Notes under the pieces: generated by a model
The model's database searches: none
The model's input: only the letters and a program-made list of their open reading frames with translations
What the model was told of the DNA's origin: nothing
Shown: positions 26,901-36,900 of the stretch, piece by piece
Layout: every line of letters starts with the position of its first letter
How positions within the stretch are numbered: the first letter of the stretch is position 1
Source of the DNA: Amoebophrya sp. A120
Lineage: Eukaryota > Protista > Dinoflagellata
Direction of reading: 5' to 3'
Assembly (NCBI GenBank): GCA_905178155.1
Contig: CAJINV010000006.1
Location: 4,092,130 to 4,156,129 of the forward strand
Length of the DNA stretch: 64,000 bases
Program-made: the position numbers and the translations under genes

Positions 26901-29900
26901 AGTTTCTCATGCAGAATAAGCATGAGAGAGATTGATCGCACAGAATGTGTCATGCTAGGTCCTGCATTCCAGACCTCATGGGTCATGGAAAAGCTGCATG
27001 ACAAGTCGCCTTCTTTCCAGACCCAGACATTTTTGCATTTGATAGGTTGTTAGCCGCGACGATTTTCCAGGAGGTTCTTGTCGACTCCTGTTTCGCTGCA
27101 CAGTTAATCTCCCCGGTCGTGCTACTGCTACAACTACCCGCTGAAAATAAATCTTCAGGTCGTCGTGGAGAGGACAACATCACGCCTTCTACGTCTTCGG
27201 AGTGAACATTCGTCCCGTTCTTGGATGTTGAACGATGGTTGGAATAAACAGATGAGTTGCATGCTTGTTCGGCTGCATTTCTTGTCGTCGCGGCCACGGT
27301 AGAAGAAGAAGTACTTGAAGCAGTTGCTCTTATCGTAAGGAAAAACCCCCCCTCCCCATATCAAGAAGCTACTTCTCAGAAAATTTGCAATGCTGATTTG
27401 TGGCCACAAATCTTTTTGTCTTGCAAGCAGGCAACTCTACAGTCTCCGCCGCATTATGCGGACGGTTTGTGATGCTGCTTGGGCTAAAGCATAGACATTT
27501 GTGATGCTAAGCGTCCACGTCAGAAGCTCGGTACTCAGGCACGGCATATGCCTGCAGTCCTCTACTGCAAGACAGCTCTGATTTGTGTACGGAAATCCAG
27601 CATCAGAAACTTCGTTTTGATATGGGGAGGGGGGATTTTTCCTCTCAATAGTTCTGCCGCTATCATCAGACTCGATCATCAAAATGACGTTTTCCCAGAA
27701 TATCAAATTTAAAAATATCTGGGTCTGGAAGATTGCAACTTGTCATGCTAAATCTGCAGCATGCAAAAATCTGTGTTGCATGATTACCAAAAGTAGTCCA
27801 GTTTTGACCAAGTCGGGAGGTAGTTTCTCATGCAGGATAGGCATTAGAAAGGTCTCGCAGAATCTGTCATGCTGGGTCTCGCATTCCAGACCTCATTGGT
27901 CATGAAAAACCTGCATCACAAATCTTGCATTCTTCCAGACCCAGACATTTTCACATTTGATACAGAACACGGGCCGCCGACGGTGGGACAGCTCTCGCGG
28001 AGGTCGGGCGGGTTGTAATTCTTCAACACTAGAACAAATGACACCAGGCGTGGCCGTGGTCCCGCGACCTCCATGGTCTGGTACAGCAGTGCGGAGTTTT
28101 CCGGATCGTCCGCCGGGGAGATCTCGGTCAAGCCCTTCTGCACGTTGTTGATGAAGCCCATCAGCTGCACAATCCGCTCCTCGACGTAGCTGTGCAGGTA
28201 CATCGAGTACTTCTCCTCCCACTTCGCGACGTACTGCACCAGGTTGATCTTCACGGGCTGCGAGTTGATGCGCAGCCAGTGGATGTCCACCGGGGTTTTC
28301 GTCCCCGCAATTTCCTCTTTCAACCGCTTGAATCGCGTGATCTGCTCGTCGAACCTATGCAATGTAAATTTCCCGGACATGTACAAAATGCATGACAAAT
28401 TCCGCTAACTTGCAGTGTCCAACTTGTCATGCTAGACTAGGATTGAAGGCAAGTTTTGTCATGCAGAGACTTCTGCATTTGTACGTGTACGAGAAATTTC
28501 CTGTGGATAGAACCGCTCGAACGGCGGGATCTTGGGGCCCATGTCGATGCCGGCCGTGTCCATCAGCGTGTGGAAGTCCATGCCGTCCTCCACTTCCGGG
28601 TTCACCAAGTCCTTCGCGCCGTCCAGCAAAAAGTCGGCGAAGGTCTCTTCGAGGGATTCCTTCCACAAAAAGCTGTGCTGCATGAACGTCTGCCGGTAGT
28701 CGATGCACTTCATCTCCGTGTTGTCGATCAGCTCGAACACGAGAGACAACAAGCATTGCATCTGAAATATCAAATGTAAAAATGTCTGGGTCTGGAAGGT
28801 TGGAACTTGTGATGCTAACTTTACACTCTAAAAAAATCTGTATTGCATGACCAGCAAGAGAGGTCTCGTTTCTGCTACGCGGGGAGGGCATTTGTCATGC
28901 GGAGTAAGCAGCAGGAAGCCCTCTAAAAATCTGTGATGCTAGGTCGTGCATTACAGACATCCTGGGTCGTGCACAATATGCATGACAAGTTTCAGAATCT
29001 TCCAGACCCAGACATTTTTGCATTTGATATGAAAGTGCTCCTTCATCTCGTTCAGGTAATCCCCGGTACCGGTGTCCAAACGTGGCATGGTGACCGCCGC
29101 CATGGCGAAGAATTCAGAACAAATGACACCAGGCGTGGCCGTGGTCCCGCGACCTCCATCTTCTTCCTCTTCTCTTCCAAGTAGCTCATTAGATGAATTC
29201 TGCCTTCCGTAGGAGCCATCCTCTACTTCGGTCCTCCGCAGTTCCGTCACCCGCCGGGCGATGGCTTTTCGCAAGGCCAAAATCGTGGTCCTTTCCGCGT
29301 CGAAGGCGATAGAGTCGTCGTCGAGGGCCGAAGGAGTAGTATGATCGTCTTCTGCCCCGGGAGACGGCCCGGCACAAGAACCTAGTACCGCGGGGACACC
29401 TTCCTTATAATTTTTATTTCCTCGTACTACGATTGATTCTTTATCCTCGTGCGGGAACGGGAACCGTAGCGGCTCTCCCGACAGCGCGTTGCGGATGGAT
29501 AAGTAAAACACGAGTTTCCTCCTGTCGCGACTCTGCACGCTGTCTGTTCTCTCCTTTGTTTGTTCTTGTTCCCGCCCTGCGGGCCGCTTCTTGAATGCAG
29601 TAATTATGCTCCTTTTTTTTTCCTGCTTTTTCGGATCACTATTTTTCAGAACTTCTTGATCGTGGTCCACTTTTTCTTCATCCTCTGCTACCAACCTTCG
29701 GAACGAGAGAGGCGTGAAATAAACTGAGGAAAATGCCTGTCTTGCAGAGTAGGCAAGGGAAGCAGATTACAAGCCTGTTTCGGGGTAGAAATAGAGCTGC
29801 TAGAGTAGCATGACAAATGGCGTCTTCCTTACCCAAACAGCATTACAGACTGGATTTCGGCTCTAGTTACATTTGCCATGCGCCGCTTAGAAATTGGGCT

Positions 29901-32630
29901 TCCATCTGGTATCGATTTTATGCATTACAAGTTATTTCAACTTTGTCGATCTCCTAGGCAGCATGATCTCGCGAGGAGGAGGAACAGGAAAGATCTAGTA
30001 TGCAACCACTGCTACCAACCTTCGGAACGAGGGAGGCGTGAAATGAACTGAGGAAAATGCCTGTCTTGCAGAGTAGGCAAGGGATGCAGATTTTAAGCCT
30101 GTTTCGGGGTAGAAATAGAGCTGCTAGAGTAGCATGACAAATGGCGTCTTCCTTACCCAAACAGCATTACAGACTGGATTTCGGCTCTAGTTACATTTGC
30201 CATGCGCCGCTTAGAAATTGGGCTTCCATCTGGTATCGATTTTATGCATTACAAGTTATTTCAACTTTGTCGATCTCCTAGGCAGCATGATCTCGCGAGG
30301 AGGAGGAACAGGAAAGACCTAGTATGCAACCACTGCTACCAACCTTCGGAACGAGGGAGGCGTGAAATGAACTGAGGAAAATGCCTGTCTTGCAGAGTAG
30401 GCAAGGGAAGCAGATTACAAGCCTGTTTCGGGGTAGAAATAGAGCTGCTAGAGTAGCATGACAAATGGCGTCTTCCTTACCCAAACAGCATTACAGACTG
30501 GATTTCGGCTCTAGTTACATTTGCCATGCGCCGCTTAGAAATTGGGCTTCCATCTGGTATCGATTTTATGCATTACAAGTTATTTCAACTTTGTCGATCT
30601 CCTAGGCAGCATGATCTCGCGAGGAGGAGGAACAGGAAAGAACTAGTATGCAACCACTGCTACCAACCTTCGGAACGAGGGAGGCGTGAAATGAACAGAG
30701 GGTTCTTGTCGACTCCTGTTTCGTTGCAATATTGATCTCCCCGGTCGTGCTACTGCTACAACTACCCGCTGAAAACAAATCTTAAGGTCCGGGTCCCCCG
30801 ACAGGAAACGTTGTTCCGGGCCTCCCGCACAGGAAAATTGTAGGCCTCTCTGAGCCGCGGAAAGTTTCGGGCCGAGAGGCCAGCTAAGGTGCATCCGGGA
30901 CCCTTGCATGAGAAACGGCAGGCCCCCCGTGGCGTGGGAAAGTTCAAGGCGAAGGCGAAACAGAGCCCAGGGCGCAGTATTTCTCTCTCTTGCCAGGAGC
31001 TCGACAACCCCAGGGCCGCCCCCCCGGCGTGCCAGTCCCTGCCTCCCGAAGGTGAAGAAAACTCTGGAGCCCCCGCCGAGGCGGGAAAACATAAGCCTCC
31101 CGTGGGGAGAAAATTGTGGCCCGGCCGGCAGGGGAATCCAATTGGTTCCTGGATTCCGGGAAGACAATGCCCCGGGCCTTCCGGAAGGGCAAATTCCGGG
31201 CCTCCCGGGCATGAATGTGACGGCGCCCCAGGACGCAAAAGCCTCGGGGCTCCCCGGCGCAAAGGCTGTAGACGTCCCCAACCCCTCAATCCATCACTGT
31301 GCATCAGTCGTTCGGTGCGCCTGCCTTGGTCCAACAACATCACGAGCGATAGATTTTTGCTCGATGAACTCTACTCGCGAGAATGGAAGAACGCACGGCC
31401 GGTGATGCGTGGACGCGCCGAATATGCATGGCAATGTTGCGCGGGCTATGCGTGGCGCAACATATTTTTACTCATGTTTACGCGGGCTACGCGTGGCATT
31501 TAGCTACCAACCTTCGGAACGAGGGAGGCATGAAATGAATTGACGCCCCATTCCAGAGTTGTATATGCAAAATGGCATGCCTAAAATGTTTCTCATGCGC
31601 AGCCCCATGGGAGACATTTTGTCATGCTATCTGGAAGTTTGTGATGCTGCAATCAGGATAAGGTAGTCGATTTGTCATGCGGCTGCACTACCTGCCCAAA
31701 CAGCACTGCACTACGAGTCTAAACTTGTTATGCGAAACAGCCAAAACTTGTTTTTTTGTGTAGCAAAATCACCATCTTGACTCTGGGGTGGGGACGTTTT
31801 TCCATATGATACTGTCTGTTCTCTCCTGTGTTTCTTGTTCCTGTGGTCCTGAGAGGAGCTTCTTCTTGGATGCAGCTGCAATCATGCTCCTTTTTTCTTC
31901 CTGCTTTTTTGGGTCAACAGTTTTAACAGCTTCTTCGTCGTGATCCGCTTCTCCTTCTCTTTCTTCTTGCGTCTGCGCGTCCAACTTGCCATAATTTGAT
32001 GTGCCTCGGGGGCCCAGCACTGCAGCTTCCTCTTTCGTTGGTTTGGACACTCCTTCTCTTCTGCTCGCATGCCGCGATAGTATCCGGTCGCTTTTCTTGC
32101 TTCCTCGATTTTGCTCTGCACTTCTACCGAAGAACCGCGATCTTTCTGATGGCGTTCTTGGTTCGCCAATGTTCTTCTTCCCAATTCCGATCCACTCTAG
32201 TGCAACTTCTGGTTCTGCTCTGTCCCTGTCCGCTGTGATCATGTAAGAATAATCGCCGGCTTCTTCATCTTCATCCTCTGCTACCAACCTTCGGGACGAG
32301 GGAGGCGTGAAATGAACTGAGGTTCTTTTTTATCAAATGTAAAAATCCCTGGATGTCTGGAAAAGTGTAGACTTGTCATGCAGATTTTCCATGACCCATG
32401 AGGTCTGGAATGCGGGACTTAGCATGACAGACTCTGCGAGGTCTCCGCCATGCCTGTCCTGCATGAGAAACTCCCTTCCAACTTGGTGAAAAGTGGACAG
32501 CTTTTGGCACTCATGCAACACAGATTTTTGCATGCTTCAGATTCACCATGACAAGTTGCAATCTTCCAGACCCAGACATTTTTGCAATTCATATTTTTTC
32601 GCAACGGTGCGCAGTAGATGAGCGATTCAT
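23902..32630 (-). CDS. DUF285/BspA-like repeat protein (~721 aa if all insertions are removed); may be disrupted
   Basis: C-terminal YGPIRIWDCSAIQDFSALF...FNSDISAWDVSGATNMAGMFLGCAYFDRKLKHWDVSNVTTMRGMFAGCENFNQDIKDWNV is the DUF285 repeat pattern; the full frame (2166 nt) needs removal of 11 introners plus 28075-29159 and 29730-32322. Confidence 0.7.
24131..24284. mobile_element. Introner family E
   Basis: TIR tgcaaaagtatcgta; TSD ccaca. Confidence 0.9.
24341..24661. mobile_element. Introner family B
   Basis: TIRs; TSD tcccc. Confidence 0.9.
24707..25013. mobile_element. Introner family I
   Basis: TIR tatggaagcgtcaggactgaaatcg; TSD cagct. Confidence 0.9.
25090..25342. mobile_element. Introner family H
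   Basis: TIR with gttacaatctcaaacgttacaataga; TSD cactg. Confidence 0.9.
25461..25723. mobile_element. Introner family A
   Basis: TIRs; TSD tcttg. Confidence 0.9.
25782..26043. mobile_element. Introner family A
   Basis: TIRs; TSD ttcca. Confidence 0.9.
26150..26316. mobile_element. Introner family G
   Basis: TIR with agtgttaacgttaacg; TSD ccgga. Confidence 0.9.
26787..27044. mobile_element. Introner family A
   Basis: TIRs; TSD ggttg. Confidence 0.9.
27331..27650. mobile_element. Introner family B
   Basis: TIRs; TSD gctct/gttct. Confidence 0.9.
27701..27962. mobile_element. Introner family A
   Basis: TIRs; TSD cagaa. Confidence 0.9.
28356..28509. mobile_element. Introner family J (inside dynein fragment)
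   Basis: Imperfect TIR aaatttc..gtacaaa.tgca; TSD gaacc. Confidence 0.85.
28768..29029. mobile_element. Introner family A (inside dynein fragment)
   Basis: TIRs; TSD tgaaa. Confidence 0.9.
29687..32322. repeat. Six copies of a ~43-bp exon-derived repeat separated by captured DNA; first three units form a 324-bp tandem repeat
   Basis: gctaccaaccttcggaacgagggaggcgtgaaatgaactgagg-like copies at 29687, 30011, 30335, 30659, 31503, 32280. Confidence 0.92.
31544..31811. mobile_element. Introner family C, left TIR truncated
   Basis: Right TIR ggggtggggacgttttttccatatgata; left end replaced by the 43-bp repeat. Confidence 0.75.
32331..32593. mobile_element. Introner family A
   Basis: TIRs; TSD ttttt. 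Confidence 0.9.
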
Positions 32631-33905
32631 TTTTTCATGTGGACAACGACAAGCAATAAGACGCGGAAAAATAAAAAATTGAAGTTATTGTATATTTTGC
32701 GTCAAACGTGGAGTACTATATATTTTGTGTTGAGTACTCGCTTGTCGTAGTGGGTTTTCCTAGAGAAGATGACGTAGTATCCGATTCCAAGTTGATGCGA
32801 AGAATTCTGTTTTTATTTACATTTACTCCCCCCATAATAACACTTTTTCATGATAGATTAAGATTTTTAAATCAACGTGGCGGAACAAATAGATTGGAGA
32901 AAGCTTGAGAAGATGTAGTTGCTTGCGTACTATCAGAATAGTACCATTAACAGGACCTGATCAATGATCATGGAGTTATCACATCATCAACCGACAGGTG
33001 AGTGAAGATCTGGTGAGAGCAGCTGCTTCCGCCTTGACAAAGACATCAGTCAAGCTTGTCTACAGTGCCACCTCCAGGAGCCGCACGACGACAGACATGG
33101 CATCGACAGATGAATTTTTACCGTCTGCTCTACAACCGATACAGTGGCGAAGAAACCGACTAGACGTAGTTCTTGAAAGCGGCACTCTATGACACATGCG
33201 CCCAGAAGTACCGGCAAAACCGCTTGAGAGCTGTTTTCCCTTTCACTTCCCCCTCCTAGCCTAAACCGATACCTCGGTCCAGGCACGTGCCTCGATTTTA
33301 CTGTTCTCCCGGACCTCGGCAAGCCTCGGCTTCAGGCCGGGTAGAGTCTCTCCGGTTGTCGTTAGTGTATATAGAGCTGTAAAGACAAGGCAGAAACAAC
33401 TTTCGATCATTTATTCTGCCAAAAATGTCTCCTACCGATCAAGAGATTGTTGGGATTCGTTTTGATTCCTAGTACGCAAATTGCTCATACACGGTGTTTC
33501 TTTTTCATGTCGAGTTGAAAAAAAGAATGTAGAATCAAAAGAAGGCCGTGTTGCTACGTTCGCGCCATCCGTCCCCGGTAGATGACTCCTGAAAGCAAGT
33601 GCTCGGGTCTCCATGAAAGAACAAGTGAAACGGCAAATAGGAAGAAGAATGGAAAGTAAGATATGAAAGTGGAAAACCTAAACTGAACAGAAAAAAAACG
33701 TGAAAAAAAGCGTAGCGTTTAAACAATCGATGACGAACCATGCTCGCAAGACGTCCAACAAGAACTACCTTATGCACAAGTGCTGCTTTCGACATGTTGA
33801 TGATAAGGATGGCACTAGAGATATTGTAATTTTAAAGACATGATTGGCACATGTGATTTATGTCTGATATTATTTCGTCCTCCCGCTTCTACTACCAATG
33901 GCCCA

Positions 33906-36900
33906 TCATGTAACTCTATCAAGTGCAAAAGTGTCTGGGTCTGGAAGATTGCCAGGTTTGTCATGCATATTTTTTTTTTTTTTTTTATTGGCTCGCAAAT
34001 TTTTCAGTTTCAGTTCAGTTTCAGTGGAGCGCCCCACCGGTCGAACACTTCTGATGGTGAACGAGGACCTGGGATTTGCGGCTTCGCGCCGCGACGACTT
34101 GATGGGGGTCCCGCACCCACCCTCCGTTTCCAAAAATGCAGCTTGTGCGTGAATGCTGCAAAACCTCCGACACCGCGGCACTAAAAAGGAGCAAGCTCCT
34201 TATTCACCATACACAAACCCAAAGAAGGAAATCATCGGGAAGAGATTTTGTCGACCACAATCAATGACACCAATGGCAACTACAACCCGAAGTAGGGGAG
34301 GGGTAGCTACTCCCGCACAACGCGCGAGATTCGTTTTCTACGTGTCGAGCCGGTAGCAGCGGCACACGTCCGATAAAGCTTTTTCCACGTCGACGAAGAG
34401 CTTGCTTTTTTTTTGCTGAATCGGAAAACCCTAAGCCCGTAAACCCATCTAATTACAACGGGAGGAAGCAGCCCCGGTCTTTTCACGAAGTTCGTAAAAC
34501 GGTCAAAAATGATTAAGCTAGTGCGCTACGCTACTGACTGTGTGCACGCTTCAGAAAACTTAAGCCCACACAGGTCCGCATTTAGCTACCGCCCGCCCTG
34601 AATGAGGCACGTCCTAACCCCGGTAGCAGCGAGGCAGATCTTGTTTTTTGAAAATTACACCGGGCGTTTGCAGAGTGGCGATAGCCGCAGATGCAAGCCT
34701 GCGGCTGTTAAGACGGTTGTAAAAAACTAGCGTACTTGTTTTTGCAAAGCTAATAGCACCCCCCAAGCAACAATCCGCTGGCTAGGCGGAAAAAAAAAGA
34801 GAAGCCCCTGCGAGGATGCGGGGTCCGCGGAACGCCTAGCGCTACAAGACGTGGATCAAGCAAGACTAAGTGCGAAGGCCACAAGACTGTAAAAGGGTAG
34901 AGACCTACATATACGTGGGACAACACCGGGCACAGGGAAGATCTAATTTTTCAAAGGCGAAGGAGCGCACGAATTTGCGATCTAGCTCCTTGGACAAAAC
35001 GAACGAAGAGCGGCAAAGACAAAGTGCTGAATAACGACTACAAGGCGGCAGGAAACATACAAAGCATACATAGCAGCAGCAAGCAAATCGGATTCACATT
35101 GCTGTGCACCGGCAGAAACTTCAATCACAACGAAACCCAGCCCCTCAGCCGCGAGGCCTTAAACTTATGCGAGGCCCAGCATATAAATTCATCATTTTTT
35201 TTAAGCTAGGAGCCGGCGTGCGTTACTTACTTACTTTTCATCATTCACTATTTAATTTTTTGCGCGAGCGGGTGCGATCTCTGAAATGTGAAGAGTGTAG
35301 CACAATTCACATACCAGGTTACGCGGGTATACGGCATTTTTTCCCGATTTGTACCTTTTCGGCTCTCGTCCTCTGGTCCTGCACTTCGTTGTCGATTCCT
35401 GTTTAGTTCCCTCACCCACTCTGCTGGCAAGACAGAAAAAAAAAACGTAGCCCCTGTCAGATTAATTAAGCAGGAAGAAGCCCACACAAAAAATTCCCTC
35501 ATCTACCTAGGGGCGACTAGGCAGATGGGGTGCGCCGAAGCAGGAAGGGGATGTTTCTAGTTGCAATGAGTTTACTCGGGAAAAGCATGAGGGTATTTTG
35601 GCGGGGTCCGCTAAAAATATCGCAAAAGCGGCAATTGCAATAAAATCAGCTCTACTTCTACTCGACGGCAAGCTAGTAAGGGGCACAGCATAGACTAGAA
35701 AAACTACTGGATCTTTCACGATACGGATCCCGCCCCGCAATGCGTGGGTCCTTTTGCTTGTACGATACGGATCTTCATGATCTTTCTCTTTCTTTATAGG
35801 TCAGCATTGCAACAGGGGCCACTCTCCCCTGTGCATGCTACCTTTTTATCTATCAGTGCTCCCCAACTTACATCCCGCCGGGTGAGGCGATTTGTATTGC
35901 TAGATTCCACCCAACTTGACTACGGGGTCGTGGGGACGTTTTTGCTTAGGATATGCGCTCTGTCATCTTCACCCCCACCGCAACAGGAATCCTCGACAAT
36001 GTCCTGGACGATTTGCTGTTGTTGTTTCTCCACCTGCTGCCGCGCAGCGGCCGCCGATGAAGCAGCAGCTGCAACTTGAAGGGTCGTTGCAGCTGGTGTG
36101 CCCGCTTCTACGTGCTGGTCCGCAACTACGTCTTCTTGAAATGCTGATGCTGCGCCTCCAGGAGAGGCAACATGATCCTCGTCATGATCTTCCATGATCT
36201 TGTTTACAGGAATAACTTCTTCTTGCACGAACTTCTGGGCAACTGGTGTCCTTCCTTTACTGTGAAGAGCAGCATGTTGACCCCCGGCACCGCCTCCACC
36301 CGTAGTCAAGCTGGTGATGGCAATCTTCCGCCTCTTGGTCGCACTTTGTCCTTCTCGCTTCTCCTTGTTGCGGCTTTTCTGTGCCGTGAAAGACAGGGCG
36401 TTCGCGAAGATTGTGATTTTGCCATGGTCTTCTTGGCCGTTGATATTAATACAACTACTTCCTAGAAATAGAAAGCGACAGTAGAAAGAACAGCCTGAAA
36501 AAGACAATACCAAGAAGGTCAACATCTTTTCCAACAAATTGAAGTTTTTAATACTCGCTCCCCGCCGCGCGGCCAGGTTCATGACCAACAAGTCCGGCGG
36601 GAAACGAAGAAAGAAGAATTTCTTGTGGACAAACAGCGACATCAATTTGTTCTGATTTTTCGAGGGGTCGTGGTAAGAACAACCTTAACCTTTCGGGAAC
36701 AAGATGGCGCTTGAGCCAAAATGGTTTGTCATGCATATTTTGCACAAGTAATCTGTGATGCTAGGTCATGCATTACAAGTAATGCATGACCTAGCACCGC
36801 AGATTTTTAAAGGGCCTTCTGATGCGTATTCCGAATGAGAAACGCCCGCTCCGCGTAGCACAAACTGAACTCCTGTTGCTGGTCATGCAATACAGATTTT

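Larger units (their letters stand above)
28075..29115 (-). pseudogene. Captured internal fragment of an axonemal dynein heavy chain gene (tail region) with two introners
   Basis: Spliced: MPRLDTGTGDYLNEMKEHFQMQ...HSFLWKESLEETF...PPFERFDEQITRFKRL...VDIHWLRINSQPVKINLVQYVAKWEEKYSMYL; resembles outer-arm dynein HC tail by recall; no start or stop; flanked by 44-bp direct repeats. Confidence 0.75.
28031..29159. repeat. Perfect 44-bp direct repeat pair (28031-28074, 29116-29159)
   Basis: agaacaaatgacaccaggcgtggccgtggtcccgcgacctccat at both positions. Confidence 0.95.
33974..36722 (-). mobile_element. Retrocopy of a spliced-leader-capped polyadenylated transcript inserted in an introner
   Basis: Relic SL at the 5' end, poly(A) at the 3' end (T17 at 33970-33986), 19-bp TSD ggtttgtcatgcatatttt at 33955-33973 and 36723-36741. 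Confidence 0.88.

Noticed and set aside
29687-32322. True CRISPR array
   Set aside because: Repeat is host exon sequence, spacers are 280-800 bp and self-derived, no cas genes
33987-35888. LINE reverse transcriptase coding region
   Set aside because: No long ORF or RT motif visible
36710-36724. SL RNA gene
   Set aside because: Leader is 5'-truncated and followed by mRNA-like sequence rather than a GT donor
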